From a virus, in UHGV virus genome UHGV-0286546: DNA of 64,000 bases. One strand, given 5' to 3'. The position numbers and the translations under genes are program-made. The notes under the pieces are model-generated. The model was not told the DNA's origin, ran no database searches, and worked only from the letters and a program-made list of their open reading frames with translations. How positions within the stretch are numbered: the first letter of the stretch is position 1; each line of letters starts with the position of its first letter. This document shows, one piece after another, positions 10,405 through 19,822 of this stretch.

Positions 10405-11538
10405 TTAATTTAGAACAGATACAGTAACCTTCTTAGAGGTAAATACTGTTTCCATTCTATAAGCATTAATATATTTTGGCTTAGAAATAACAGGAGTTTC
10501 AATCGTTTCTTGATATAAGTCTTCGGTCCAAGTTGTATATATTAATTTAATTGAAGCATCTCTTATATTTACAACTAATCCTTCGTCCTGATCACCCAAT
10601 TCAGTATAACCTTTATTTGTATTTAATTTATATTTAGTTATACTTCCATTCTTATCTACTTCTAATACAGTCATAGAAAGAATTACACTTTGGTCACCGT
10701 CTATGTCTGTTAAAATTTCAATAGGTTGATCATAATCATCTAATAATTCAAAGCTATCTCCAACCTTAAATCCAGATCCGCCATTTATAATATTCTTTGC
10801 TCTATCGTCATAATACAATAATGTAAAGATTTGTTCATCATAGCCAATCTGATCAAGCATTTGCTCTTGAACAACATCTTGATAAACTTTAGATACTTTA
10901 GACATATTAACACCAGAACGCAAAAACCAAAGTATACCTTGTGCTCTAATGTCATTGTGATTTATATAATTGTCTACATTGTAATCAAACCAAATCGTAC
11001 CAATACTAGGATTAGACGAATCAAATAATGATTGACGAGCAGGTACACAATTTGCAATACGAGTATATGTCTTACTTCCACTTAATTGTTTTTGTACTGT
11101 ACCTAAAACAACCCATTCTCTTGCAATTCTTTCTTCTCTTGCATTATATTCGCTTAAAATAATTCTACTGTTTCTAGGAAGATGTAATTTAGAAGGTATA
11201 AGAATCTCTAATGGATAAAGTCCGTCTGTTCCATCTGCACTCATTCCTTCTTCTGATACATTTTGACGATATTCATTAAATTTAGGTATTACAGTTTCCG
11301 TTGTATCTAACCATTCTGTATCCACAAAGTTTGAATATTCATCTACATTATTTTCTAATAAATCACCAAATTCAGTAACAGGAATTTTAATAAGAACTTT
11401 TATACCCCAATTACTAAATAATGCTTCATCACGCAAAGCTGCTACATACTCTGCCTGTGAACCAATATAAGCATCTCTCAGGTTAAAACTAGAAAAAGAA
11501 GTTTCTTTGAGTCTTGAATTATTTTTAATGTTTTTCAT
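10405..11538 (-). CDS. First gene of the leftward late operon (377 aa), function unknown
   Basis: ORF preceded by the shared upstream 16-mer AAGTTCTAAAGACTAT, and by a terminator of the upstream GroEL unit. Confidence 0.5.
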   Translation of the reverse strand: MKNIKNNSRLKETSFSSFNLRDAYIGSQAEYVAALRDEALFSNWGIKVLIKIPVTEFGDLLENNVDEYSNFVDTEWLDTTETVIPKFNEYRQNVSEEGMSADGTDGLYPLEILIPSKLHLPRNSRIILSEYNAREERIAREWVVLGTVQKQLSGSKTYTRIANCVPARQSLFDSSNPSIGTIWFDYNVDNYINHNDIRAQGILWFLRSGVNMSKVSKVYQDVVQEQMLDQIGYDEQIFTLLYYDDRAKNIINGGSGFKVGDSFELLDDYDQPIEILTDIDGDQSVILSMTVLEVDKNGSITKYKLNTNKGYTELGDQDEGLVVNIRDASIKLIYTTWTEDLYQETIETPVISKPKYINAYRMETVFTSKKVTVSVLN

Positions 11539-11562
11539 ATTAATTTTTCTTATAAAATGCTA

Positions 11563-11578
11563 ATAGTCTTTAGAACTT
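11563..11578 (-). promoter_or_regulatory. Conserved upstream element AAGTTCTAAAGACTAT (minus-strand reading), about 25 nt before the 10405..11538 start
   Basis: The identical 16-mer recurs at 53174..53189. Related AAGTTCTAAAC and AAGTTCTAG copies lie at about 56340 and about 29510. Confidence 0.4.
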
Positions 11579-11610
11579 AAATAATTAACCTTAAATTTTA
11601 TTAGCTTAAT

Positions 11611-11640
11611 AAAAAACCCCCGACAATTGCTCATCGGGGG
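11611..11640 (-). terminator. Rho-independent terminator after GroEL
   Basis: CCCCCGA, a 10-nt loop, TCGGGGG. On the minus-strand RNA the stem is followed by UUUUUU. Confidence 0.7.
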
Positions 11641-11667
11641 AAAATACTTTTCAACAAATAAAATAAT

Positions 11668-13314
11668 TTACATCATGCCGGGCATCATATTAAGGCTTAC
11701 ACCTTTACTCTCGACAGGATCAGTGCAAATCATAACACTAGAAGTTAAAATGACAGAAGCAATTGAAGAAGCAGCATAAACTGTACCTTTTACTACTTTA
11801 ACCGGATCAATAATTCCATCTTCTAATAAATTTACAACTTGCATTGTTTTTGCGTTGTATCCGATTTCAATATCATTTTTAGATACAACTTCTTTTACTA
11901 CATCATTGACATTTACACCAGCATTACTCAAGAGCGTTTTGAATGGAGCTTTCAATGATTTAGCAAAAATATCAATACCTACTTTTTCATCTGGATCAGC
12001 AGCTTCAACTTTATCTAAAATTCTATCAGACAAATAAAGCAATGTATTACCAGCACCTGGCAAATAACCTTCTTCAAGTGCAGCTTTTACAGCATACTGA
12101 GCATCATCTAATCTATCACGTAATTCTTTGATTTCCTCTTCAGAAGAACCACCAACTTGAATTACAGCAACACCAGTAGTCAAAGAAGCAAGACGTTTAC
12201 CAAGTTGTTCTCTTTCGTATGTATCATTTTCTTTAAGAGCACCAATTAAACCTTCGATTGCTTCTACACGAGCTGCAATACGTGCCGAATCACCTTTACC
12301 ACCACGAATAATTGTTTCATCTTTCTTAATGATAATTTTTTCGCAAGAACCAAAGGAAGCAGCAGACATTACTTCAAATTTAATTCCCATCGGATCATCA
12401 CCGACATCTGCACCGACATAAATACCCAAGTCACGCAAAATATCTAAACGACGGTCACCATAACCAGGAGCTTCAATACATGCCAACTTAATTTGACCGC
12501 CAGAACGAATAATGTTCATAGCCAAACCTTGTGTTACGCTGGTATCAAAAGACTCAGCAATAATAACTACTGGTTCACCCTTAGAAACAGGAGTCTGGAT
12601 AACATCAATTAAAGCAGACAAATTTGAAATTTTACCGTTACTCAAGATGATATGCGGATTATCAAATTCAGCTGTCTGATCTTCGTGATTATTAACAAAA
12701 AACTGAGAGGTCCAACCTTTATTAAGTGTCATACCTTCTTTGAAATCAAGACGAATTGTACGATCTTTTGTTTCTTCAACCAATACAACACCGGCTTTAC
12801 CAACCTTGCGATAGGCTTCTGCAACAATTTCACCAAGTTTTCTATCACCGTTAGCAGAAACAGTAGCAATGTTAACTAAATCTTCATCACTCTTGATTTC
12901 TTTAGCATAACTATCCAAAGCACCGATAACATAATCTTTAGCTTTTTCAATACCACGACGCATAGAAGTACGATTGACTTTGTTTTCACTCAATTCAATC
13001 ATTCTCATACCAGTATTTACAATTTCCTGACCCAAAACAGTAGCAGTAGTTGTACCATCACCGCAATTTGACATCTGTTTTTGTGCAATAGAGATAGCCA
13101 AGTCAGCACCGAGCTTAATACGTTCATCTTTCGGTTTAATTTCTTTTGCTACAGAAACTCCGTCTTTTGTAATTACAGGATTTTTATCTTCTCTTTGAAT
13201 AACTACTGTATTACCACGAGGTCCCAATGTGCTTTTTACAGCATTTGCAACAAGATTTAAACCATCTACCAAATACTTTTCTGTTTCTTTATCAAAATAT
13301 GTCGAAGTACTCAT
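11668..13314 (-). CDS. groEL: Chaperonin GroEL (Hsp60), full length (548 aa)
   Basis: Hallmark GroEL blocks: LGPRGNTVVIQ, KDGVSVAKEI and DGTTTATVLGQEIV. It has the C-terminal hydrophobic MMPGMM tail and typical length. Confidence 0.9.
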   Translation of the reverse strand: MSTSTYFDKETEKYLVDGLNLVANAVKSTLGPRGNTVVIQREDKNPVITKDGVSVAKEIKPKDERIKLGADLAISIAQKQMSNCGDGTTTATVLGQEIVNTGMRMIELSENKVNRTSMRRGIEKAKDYVIGALDSYAKEIKSDEDLVNIATVSANGDRKLGEIVAEAYRKVGKAGVVLVEETKDRTIRLDFKEGMTLNKGWTSQFFVNNHEDQTAEFDNPHIILSNGKISNLSALIDVIQTPVSKGEPVVIIAESFDTSVTQGLAMNIIRSGGQIKLACIEAPGYGDRRLDILRDLGIYVGADVGDDPMGIKFEVMSAASFGSCEKIIIKKDETIIRGGKGDSARIAARVEAIEGLIGALKENDTYEREQLGKRLASLTTGVAVIQVGGSSEEEIKELRDRLDDAQYAVKAALEEGYLPGAGNTLLYLSDRILDKVEAADPDEKVGIDIFAKSLKAPFKTLLSNAGVNVNDVVKEVVSKNDIEIGYNAKTMQVVNLLEDGIIDPVKVVKGTVYAASSIASVILTSSVMICTDPVESKGVSLNMMPGMM

Positions 13315-13341
13315 TTAAAATTCTTCCTTTTTTATTAAATG

Positions 13342-13677
13342 TTAGACTAAATTACCTGCGTCATCAGTTTCTTCAAGAATAGTAGCTTCGATTTCTTTTG
13401 CTACGATATCATTCATATAAACTCTGATTAACTTCTGATTATTAAATGTAACTTTTGTACCAGAAACTTTAGCAAATGCAACTTTATCACCAATTTTTAC
13501 GCTTGCAGGCACAAAATTACCATGATCAAAGTAACCTTCACTACAAGAAACTACCTCGCCAAATGTAAAATCTACATCCAAGGAATCAGGAATAATCCAA
13601 TCACCTTTCTTTACTTCTCTTTCTGCTTCTTTTACAAAAACATTAGCACCCAGAGCAGCATACATCTTATTAGCCAT
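13342..13677 (-). CDS. groES: GroES-like co-chaperonin (111 aa); start moved to the ATG after the AAGGAG RBS
   Basis: About 100 aa Cpn10-like protein directly upstream of GroEL. The RBS overlaps the glutaredoxin stop codon. The long track version (to 13725) would overlap the upstream gene. Confidence 0.65.
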   Translation of the reverse strand: MANKMYAALGANVFVKEAEREVKKGDWIIPDSLDVDFTFGEVVSCSEGYFDHGNFVPASVKIGDKVAFAKVSGTKVTFNNQKLIRVYMNDIVAKEIEATILEETDDAGNLV

Positions 13678-13684
13678 TATATAT

Positions 13685-13900
13685 TTACTCCTTGTTTTCA
13701 AAATATTCTTTAATGTTATCCGCACCTTTTATAACGGAATTGTCATCTAATACCAAAGTAGGTAAAATTCGAATACCTTTTTCTTTTGCCAAATCCATAT
13801 TATCTTCAGCAACAATTTGATTAACTTCAATATTGTTTTCTTTTAAATATGCTTTTAAATTCTTACACGGAATACAATTTTTACCAACAAATAAATCCAT
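13685..13900 (-). CDS. Glutaredoxin/NrdH-like small redoxin (71 aa)
   Basis: CIPC active-site motif near the N-terminus. Size and motif fit the thioredoxin fold. Confidence 0.6.
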   Translation of the reverse strand: MDLFVGKNCIPCKNLKAYLKENNIEVNQIVAEDNMDLAKEKGIRILPTLVLDDNSVIKGADNIKEYFENKE

Positions 13901-13912
13901 TATACTTTATCC

Positions 13913-14098
13913 TTAAAATCCTAAAAATTTTAACGCTTTTGAAAAGAAATTATTATTTTTATTCTTTTCGAATTTTGCAACAGGATGCCATTTTACAGTA
14001 GGTTTAGATTCTTGTTCTTCTTTTTCTGCGGCGTTTGTTGCAAATTGTTCTACTTCATTCTTAGTAATATCTTCATCTTTCTTCTTTTTAGTTGCCAT
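13913..14098 (-). CDS. Small Lys/Glu-rich protein (61 aa)
   Basis: ORF with a GGGGAT RBS-like element upstream. Its composition is like phage internal or DNA-associated proteins. Confidence 0.35.
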   Translation of the reverse strand: MATKKKKDEDITKNEVEQFATNAAEKEEQESKPTVKWHPVAKFEKNKNNNFFSKALKFLGF

Positions 14099-14134
14099 TT
14101 TTATATCCCCAATTGTTTATGTATACTTATAGAA

Positions 14135-15634
14135 TTAATATTGTGGTAAGAAAATCAATTGAAAACTTCCATTATGATGAATAATGCAGTTACAATGTGC
14201 CCAATTGGTTAAACCCTGCTGATTATAATTTAATTTAAGCTTAGATAACGTACCTACAACAACTACCTTTTCATAAATTTCAGGGGAATGGGTATGACCG
14301 TGAATTAAACTATCAAAACCTCTATTGAAGCTTCGTACACTACCTTTTGCTCCTGCTATTCCACAATCTCCGTGCTCATTTACCTCAAACCCATTTATTT
14401 TACAACTAGTATTCTTTTCTAATTGTATAAAGTTTTCTGGTAATACATCTGTTAAAATAGTTTCTCCATCCAAGTATTTAATAAAGAGCTGAGCTGCTAA
14501 CCTTGCATTTGGTGTATCTTTATTAAAATCTTTTTCTAAATACTTTCTGACAAATTCATCGTGATTACTACTTATAATACAGAAAGTAGTCTTAGGACAT
14601 TTTTCAGAAATAATATTTAATCTTTCTTCTACAATATTTAATTCTGTCTCTAAGTCTTGATTTGAATTATTTCTATTTTTAGCTCTTGTAAAAGGTAAAT
14701 TAAACTCATGATGTGATATACTATTCCAAGAAGCCACATCATGAATAAATACATATTGTGGTTTGTATTTATTTACCATATTTAATGAATCCATCAATGC
14801 AGACGGACTTTCTTCTGGTAAATGTAAATCTCCTAATACCATACTCGCAATAGTATCTTCTTTGTATTCATTTTCTTTATCATATTTTTTATTTAAATCG
14901 TAGATAAAACCTTCCTTAAAGATAAGGTTTCTACTTACATAGCGTTGTGCATTATCATCATAATCAAGTAAAACTGCACCTAAAGTATGGTTTTTTTCAT
15001 CCAACGCACCACTTACAGTTGTTTTATATTCTACATCTGAAATCGTACCTGTTGAATATGCAATTCTGTAATCTTCATATTGTTTATAAGGCAAGATTTT
15101 CATATATTGTTTACATGATCCAACAATAACCGTAGTATATCCAGTTGTTAATCTATCTAAATTTACTAATGGATTCTTTTGTGTATTTGGAATAAGAAAA
15201 TCTTTAACTAAACATTTCTTATCTTTTTCAAAAATTACTTCTGTAGCCAAATAAGGACGTAAAAGATTAAACGTACTACTATCAAATAACTTATTTCTTT
15301 TTACGTTTTTACCCCAAAGAATAACTAAATCTGCTTTATTTCTATCACAATAGTTTTCAAGAGTATAAAAGCATTCAAGATTTACATCTGCTCCATCTGG
15401 TACATGAGTAATTACAACTTTTTTATTTTTTAAAGTTTTTACAATGTCTGTACGATTAACCAAAAGAGATTTTTCTGCCTCTTCTGTAAAATTAGACCAA
15501 CTACCCCAAACTTTTTCAATAAAACCTGATGAATATCCAGTATTTGCTTTTCTATATTCATCTCTACTTATTTTTTTATCATAAGCACTACATAAATCTT
15601 TGTATGTTTGTATAATTTCTCTAATATTAGTCAT
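14135..15634 (-). CDS. Calcineurin-like metallophosphoesterase (499 aa; catalytic domain in the C-terminal half)
   Basis: Ordered motifs GDLHL, SNHDEF (GNHE-like) and HGHTH (GHxH). Confidence 0.55.
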   Translation of the reverse strand: MTNIREIIQTYKDLCSAYDKKISRDEYRKANTGYSSGFIEKVWGSWSNFTEEAEKSLLVNRTDIVKTLKNKKVVITHVPDGADVNLECFYTLENYCDRNKADLVILWGKNVKRNKLFDSSTFNLLRPYLATEVIFEKDKKCLVKDFLIPNTQKNPLVNLDRLTTGYTTVIVGSCKQYMKILPYKQYEDYRIAYSTGTISDVEYKTTVSGALDEKNHTLGAVLLDYDDNAQRYVSRNLIFKEGFIYDLNKKYDKENEYKEDTIASMVLGDLHLPEESPSALMDSLNMVNKYKPQYVFIHDVASWNSISHHEFNLPFTRAKNRNNSNQDLETELNIVEERLNIISEKCPKTTFCIISSNHDEFVRKYLEKDFNKDTPNARLAAQLFIKYLDGETILTDVLPENFIQLEKNTSCKINGFEVNEHGDCGIAGAKGSVRSFNRGFDSLIHGHTHSPEIYEKVVVVGTLSKLKLNYNQQGLTNWAHCNCIIHHNGSFQLIFLPQY

Positions 15635-15640
15635 ATATAC

Positions 15641-16384
15641 CTACTTCTTTTTACTTTTTGTACTATTTTTGGATTTATTTTTCTTTGAATACTTATTTTT
15701 TAACCAACTATCAAAACCTTTTTCATATTCTGCAAAATCTTGTTCAGTTTTAAGTTTTTCTTGTAAATCGTTTTCAATAACAACGTCTGCTAAGCCGTAT
15801 TTAAGACAATCTGCGGCGTTTAAATAGCCTCTTTCGTCTGCTTGTATCTCTAATAATTTTTCTCTTTTCAATTTGCCATCACAAGCATTCAAATATAAGT
15901 TTATAATATTTTCAGCGTGCTCTTTATTTTGAATATATACTTTTTCTATTTCACTATGCTTTTGTGTAATGTCAAATATACAACCAAAATGAATAAAATG
16001 TTTAGAAAGACTATTAATAAATCTTTGATCACCATTTGCTGCAAGAATAGAAGCAGCGCTACCTGCACTACCTAAAACAAAAGTATAAATTTCTATGTTA
16101 TTTAATCTTGCCATATTCATTAATCCAAGCAACGTAATCATAACACTAACATCACCACCCGGACTATTAATGATAAACATTAACTTTTTACGCACATTTT
16201 GTTCATTTAAAACATATTGAGTCAAATCACCTATCAAATATGCACAATTATCTGCTGTAATCTCATCTAAAATAAAAACTTTGTCATTATACATGTAATT
16301 TTTATAACAATTCAAAGTCAATGCATCATTATTACCATTCCAAGACATGTTTTGTAGTTCTACCTTCAAAAAATTAAATAACAT
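15641..16384 (-). CDS. ClpP-family (S14) serine protease, possibly the prohead maturation protease
   Basis: INSPGGDV, the Ser-containing GSAGSAASIL block and a downstream His-containing FIHFG block fit the ClpP catalytic core. It ends in a Lys-rich tail. Confidence 0.7.
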   Translation of the reverse strand: MLFNFLKVELQNMSWNGNNDALTLNCYKNYMYNDKVFILDEITADNCAYLIGDLTQYVLNEQNVRKKLMFIINSPGGDVSVMITLLGLMNMARLNNIEIYTFVLGSAGSAASILAANGDQRFINSLSKHFIHFGCIFDITQKHSEIEKVYIQNKEHAENIINLYLNACDGKLKREKLLEIQADERGYLNAADCLKYGLADVVIENDLQEKLKTEQDFAEYEKGFDSWLKNKYSKKNKSKNSTKSKKK

Positions 16385-16446
16385 ATATCATTGAATCCTA
16401 ATTAAAGGGCTCTATTTTAATAAATATTTCCGTTTCTGGTTCAAAA

Positions 16447-16460
16447 TGTTCTAATATACA
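16447..16460 (+). promoter_or_regulatory. Conserved element TGTTCTAATATACA, about 40 nt upstream of 16497
   Basis: The identical 14-mer recurs at 33978..33991. Both sit in divergent intergenic regions. Confidence 0.35.
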
Positions 16461-16496
16461 AATAGTTTTCTCAAAAAATTAAAGGATTTTTAATAA

Positions 16497-16961
16497 ATGT
16501 CTCCGGAAGAATTAGATGAATTAGTCAATGAATATTTTATTATGACTTTTATGGATATTTATGGCTTAGTTGACTTATCAAACCATACTACTTATCATAA
16601 TATTGTAAAAACTCTAACTAAGAAAGATAAAAAATTTCAAAACATTGTTAATGATGTTAATTCTTTCGTTAACAGCAGTAAAAATAAATTCCCGCCTGAG
16701 ATAATTAAAAAAGCGTTAATTCGTAATTTAGTCAAAAAAGGTGTAGATAAAAATATTTTAGTTCGTGCAGAAAATACTTTTAACAGAGAAGAATTACATA
16801 ATAATGATTCAGTCACAGAAGCAAATGAAGAAGATTGGATGATTGTATGGCAAAATTCTAAAAATAAAAAGAATTTCGATTATTTAAAAGCTAAAGAAAA
16901 CGAAAGTTTTAGTGATTATTTACACAGAATCAGAGACGAATATAACAAAGGTCAAATCTAA
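16497..16961 (+). CDS. Hypothetical protein (154 aa)
   Basis: ORF that is the first gene of a rightward unit. It has a TAATG stop/start overlap with the next gene. Confidence 0.5.
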   Translation: MSPEELDELVNEYFIMTFMDIYGLVDLSNHTTYHNIVKTLTKKDKKFQNIVNDVNSFVNSSKNKFPPEIIKKALIRNLVKKGVDKNILVRAENTFNREELHNNDSVTEANEEDWMIVWQNSKNKKNFDYLKAKENESFSDYLHRIRDEYNKGQI

Positions 16962-19192
16962 TGAAAAAAGAAAACGATATTAAATTGCTCAACGAAGCAG
17001 ATGATACTTATACTTCTGTTGCGAATGCTCCAAAACCGTTTAATCCATCTAAACCAGATTTAAATTTTGATGATAGTACAGAAAACCAATCTGCCGATAA
17101 AACTAAATTAACAAAGATGGCATTAGATAAAATCACTCAATCTTTAGAAGTATCTGATGAATTACAATCTATTCTTAACCAAATTAAAAAGTTAAACACT
17201 GAAGAAGGTTCAAACGAATGGAAAATTAACGAAGAAGGTAATACTGCAACATTAAAAAATAAAAACGCTAGAATCTTTAAACAAAATAATAATCTCTGCT
17301 TGTCTTACAACGACAAAGTAGAATTGTTTAACTCAGTAGCAGAATTACACTCTTGGTTAAAATCTCATAATATGCCTCTTCCTAAAGGTATACAATTACA
17401 TGAAGCAAAAGGTGGATTTAATATTCTTCCTGATAGTCCTTGGTATAATATCTTAAATAATAAAACTACTGCTGATGGAATGAAAATCGGTGATAAAACG
17501 ACTTGGACTAAAGATGATGCTGATGAATTAAAATTACAAAATAGAAAACCCGTTGTAAAAATGGGAAGAACTGCCTATAAAAATGCTACACAGTTCATGA
17601 AGCAAAGCGAATTAGATCCTTCGAAATGGCATCAAACCAAAACAAAAGAATTTCCAGAATCAATAAACGAAGAAAACCAATTAGATAAAGATATGTTGTG
17701 GTACTTAGAATATCAAGACAAAAATCACGAGTCTTCATTATATTTAAATCAAGACTGGCAAGAAAGTAATTTGTTAACAGATAACCTCGATCATGCTGCA
17801 GTATTTCCAACAAGAGAAACTGCGATGCAAGAAGTTAGAATCGTTTATGCACTTCATGACACAGATGCTCCATTTAAACCAATTCAAAATTCTACGTTAG
17901 GTGAATGCTTTGGAGGGGAAATTACAACAGGTACATTAGGTTCTGCTGTTACATATACTGCTGATAAAGATAAAAAAGAAGCCTTAGACGAAGAAACAGA
18001 ATTAAAAGAAGTCATGGGTTTCCCTGGTACTCCATTTGAAAACGTAAAATATGCAAAAGCTGTAACTAGAGCTAAAGAATATTTGAAATGGTTAGCAGGT
18101 AAAGATGAGTATGGTCGTCATAACTTAGCTTTAGATCCTAATCATGAAGAACATGAGCAGCAAGCTATAGCAGACTATAACAAAGAAATGATGACTAATG
18201 CTATTTATTGGGATTGGGATGCCTTGTTTAAAAAATATCTTGACCCTAAAACAGGACGCCCTCTCAATAAAGAAGAATTTAGAAAGTACATCTTAGACAC
18301 AGTTAATCCAAAATACGGCATTGACATTAACCCAGATGAAGATATTTTAACTAAAAACTATGTACAGGACCCAAATAGACCTAATTTAACAAAAGCAGAC
18401 TTTGCAGTACGTTCTCCACATAATACTGCTCAATTTAAAGCTTTCGGTGACTGGTATAGAGCAAATAAGTATGATTCAATCGGTAATCCTATTTGGAAGA
18501 AAGACTTAGATGCTGCTAAAAGTGAATATCAAAAAACTTTAAACAATCCATCAAGTGATTCTCAAACTAATATCACAGGTATAATCAATAACTTAAGTCA
18601 ACTGATTGATAATAACTTACCTGATGATCAAGTTATGAATGAAATTGTCAAATATAAAAGTAAATTATCTCCAACCGATTTCAATTTATTAGTTGATCAA
18701 ATTGTTACAGCAGGTAAAAATGGACAATTAGACTTAAATGATACTATGTTAATGATGTTGCCTTATGTAAAAACATCTACACAAACCGAATCAATCTTCA
18801 ATAAAACTAAAAATACAGAATTAAAAGAAGACGATTCTCCGGCTGATTTTGCTACTGGTCCAGCTCCTGATAACAACAATACAACAGTAAATGTATCTCA
18901 GGACTCACCAGAAGCTCCAGAATCAACAAATGACACTCCTGATATGGGTATGAATACTCCGGAAGGAAACAGTGCTCCTGCCGCTAGTTTTGGAGACATA
19001 AACATAGGAGGAGGTTCTGGTGGATATGGACCTGAAGAAGATATACCTGCTGCTCCTATGCTAAATGAGCCTGAATATCAAATTATAGACGTCTTAGTAA
19101 ACGATCAAGATGATACAGATGTAAAGGTAAAAGTTAAAAATCTTGATACAGGTAAAATAGAAACAAAAAACCTAAATGAAATAGACGTATAA
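16961..19192 (+). CDS. Large Asn/Asp-rich hypothetical protein (743 aa)
   Basis: Long ORF with a Gly-rich acidic C-terminal region. No motif was recognised. Confidence 0.55.
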   Translation: MKKENDIKLLNEADDTYTSVANAPKPFNPSKPDLNFDDSTENQSADKTKLTKMALDKITQSLEVSDELQSILNQIKKLNTEEGSNEWKINEEGNTATLKNKNARIFKQNNNLCLSYNDKVELFNSVAELHSWLKSHNMPLPKGIQLHEAKGGFNILPDSPWYNILNNKTTADGMKIGDKTTWTKDDADELKLQNRKPVVKMGRTAYKNATQFMKQSELDPSKWHQTKTKEFPESINEENQLDKDMLWYLEYQDKNHESSLYLNQDWQESNLLTDNLDHAAVFPTRETAMQEVRIVYALHDTDAPFKPIQNSTLGECFGGEITTGTLGSAVTYTADKDKKEALDEETELKEVMGFPGTPFENVKYAKAVTRAKEYLKWLAGKDEYGRHNLALDPNHEEHEQQAIADYNKEMMTNAIYWDWDALFKKYLDPKTGRPLNKEEFRKYILDTVNPKYGIDINPDEDILTKNYVQDPNRPNLTKADFAVRSPHNTAQFKAFGDWYRANKYDSIGNPIWKKDLDAAKSEYQKTLNNPSSDSQTNITGIINNLSQLIDNNLPDDQVMNEIVKYKSKLSPTDFNLLVDQIVTAGKNGQLDLNDTMLMMLPYVKTSTQTESIFNKTKNTELKEDDSPADFATGPAPDNNNTTVNVSQDSPEAPESTNDTPDMGMNTPEGNSAPAASFGDINIGGGSGGYGPEEDIPAAPMLNEPEYQIIDVLVNDQDDTDVKVKVKNLDTGKIETKNLNEIDV

Positions 19193-19200
19193 AATTAATT

Positions 19201-19234
19201 AAGGGTTAGAAATAAAAACTAACCCTTCTTTTTT
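19201..19234 (+). terminator. Rho-independent terminator, partly bidirectional
   Basis: AAGGGTTAG, a 9-nt loop, CTAACCCTT, then TTTTTT. Confidence 0.65.
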
Positions 19235-19520
19235 ACTTTGTTAATTCAGCTTCAATCAATTGTACTAACGCTGATACTTCTGATTTATTAATACCTAATA
19301 CCTTATTTGTTGTCATATTACGAATATATAAAAACTTATCATTAAAATTTACTTTAAATAAGGGAGAACTGTTTTTAAATCTTCCACAAATAAAATCATG
19401 AAGTACATTATATAAACTTAAAAGATTTTTCTTATTACCAATATTTAAGTAATAGTAATTAGAATAAAGTAAATAATCTTGTGTCAAACCATTGATTGTT
19501 TTTACTTCAATTTTTAACAT
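19233..19520 (-). CDS. Hypothetical protein (95 aa from the ATG; the track uses an upstream GTG at 19547)
   Basis: ORF with GAGGAT 9 nt upstream of the ATG. Confidence 0.45.
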   Translation of the reverse strand: MLKIEVKTINGLTQDYLLYSNYYYLNIGNKKNLLSLYNVLHDFICGRFKNSSPLFKVNFNDKFLYIRNMTTNKVLGINKSEVSALVQLIEAELTK

Positions 19521-19822
19521 TTTATAAAATCCTCGCGTCGCGCACACGTTAATATATATTTTATATATGTAATAGAAACTATAAAATGTAAAACAATTAT
19601 TAAAGATATTTAGGATTATTGTAAGATTATTAAATTTTAAAAGTATTAAATATTATTGGTATTTAATAGGTATTCTTCGTCATATGGACAAGTAATGTAC
19701 GATTTAGATATTTTATTATATATAATAGAAGTATAAGTCAAATAAAAAATTTTAAATTAAATTTCCAAATAGTATATTTTTACTATTAAATTATTGAAAT
19801 ATAAAGATAAAAAAATTTAAAA

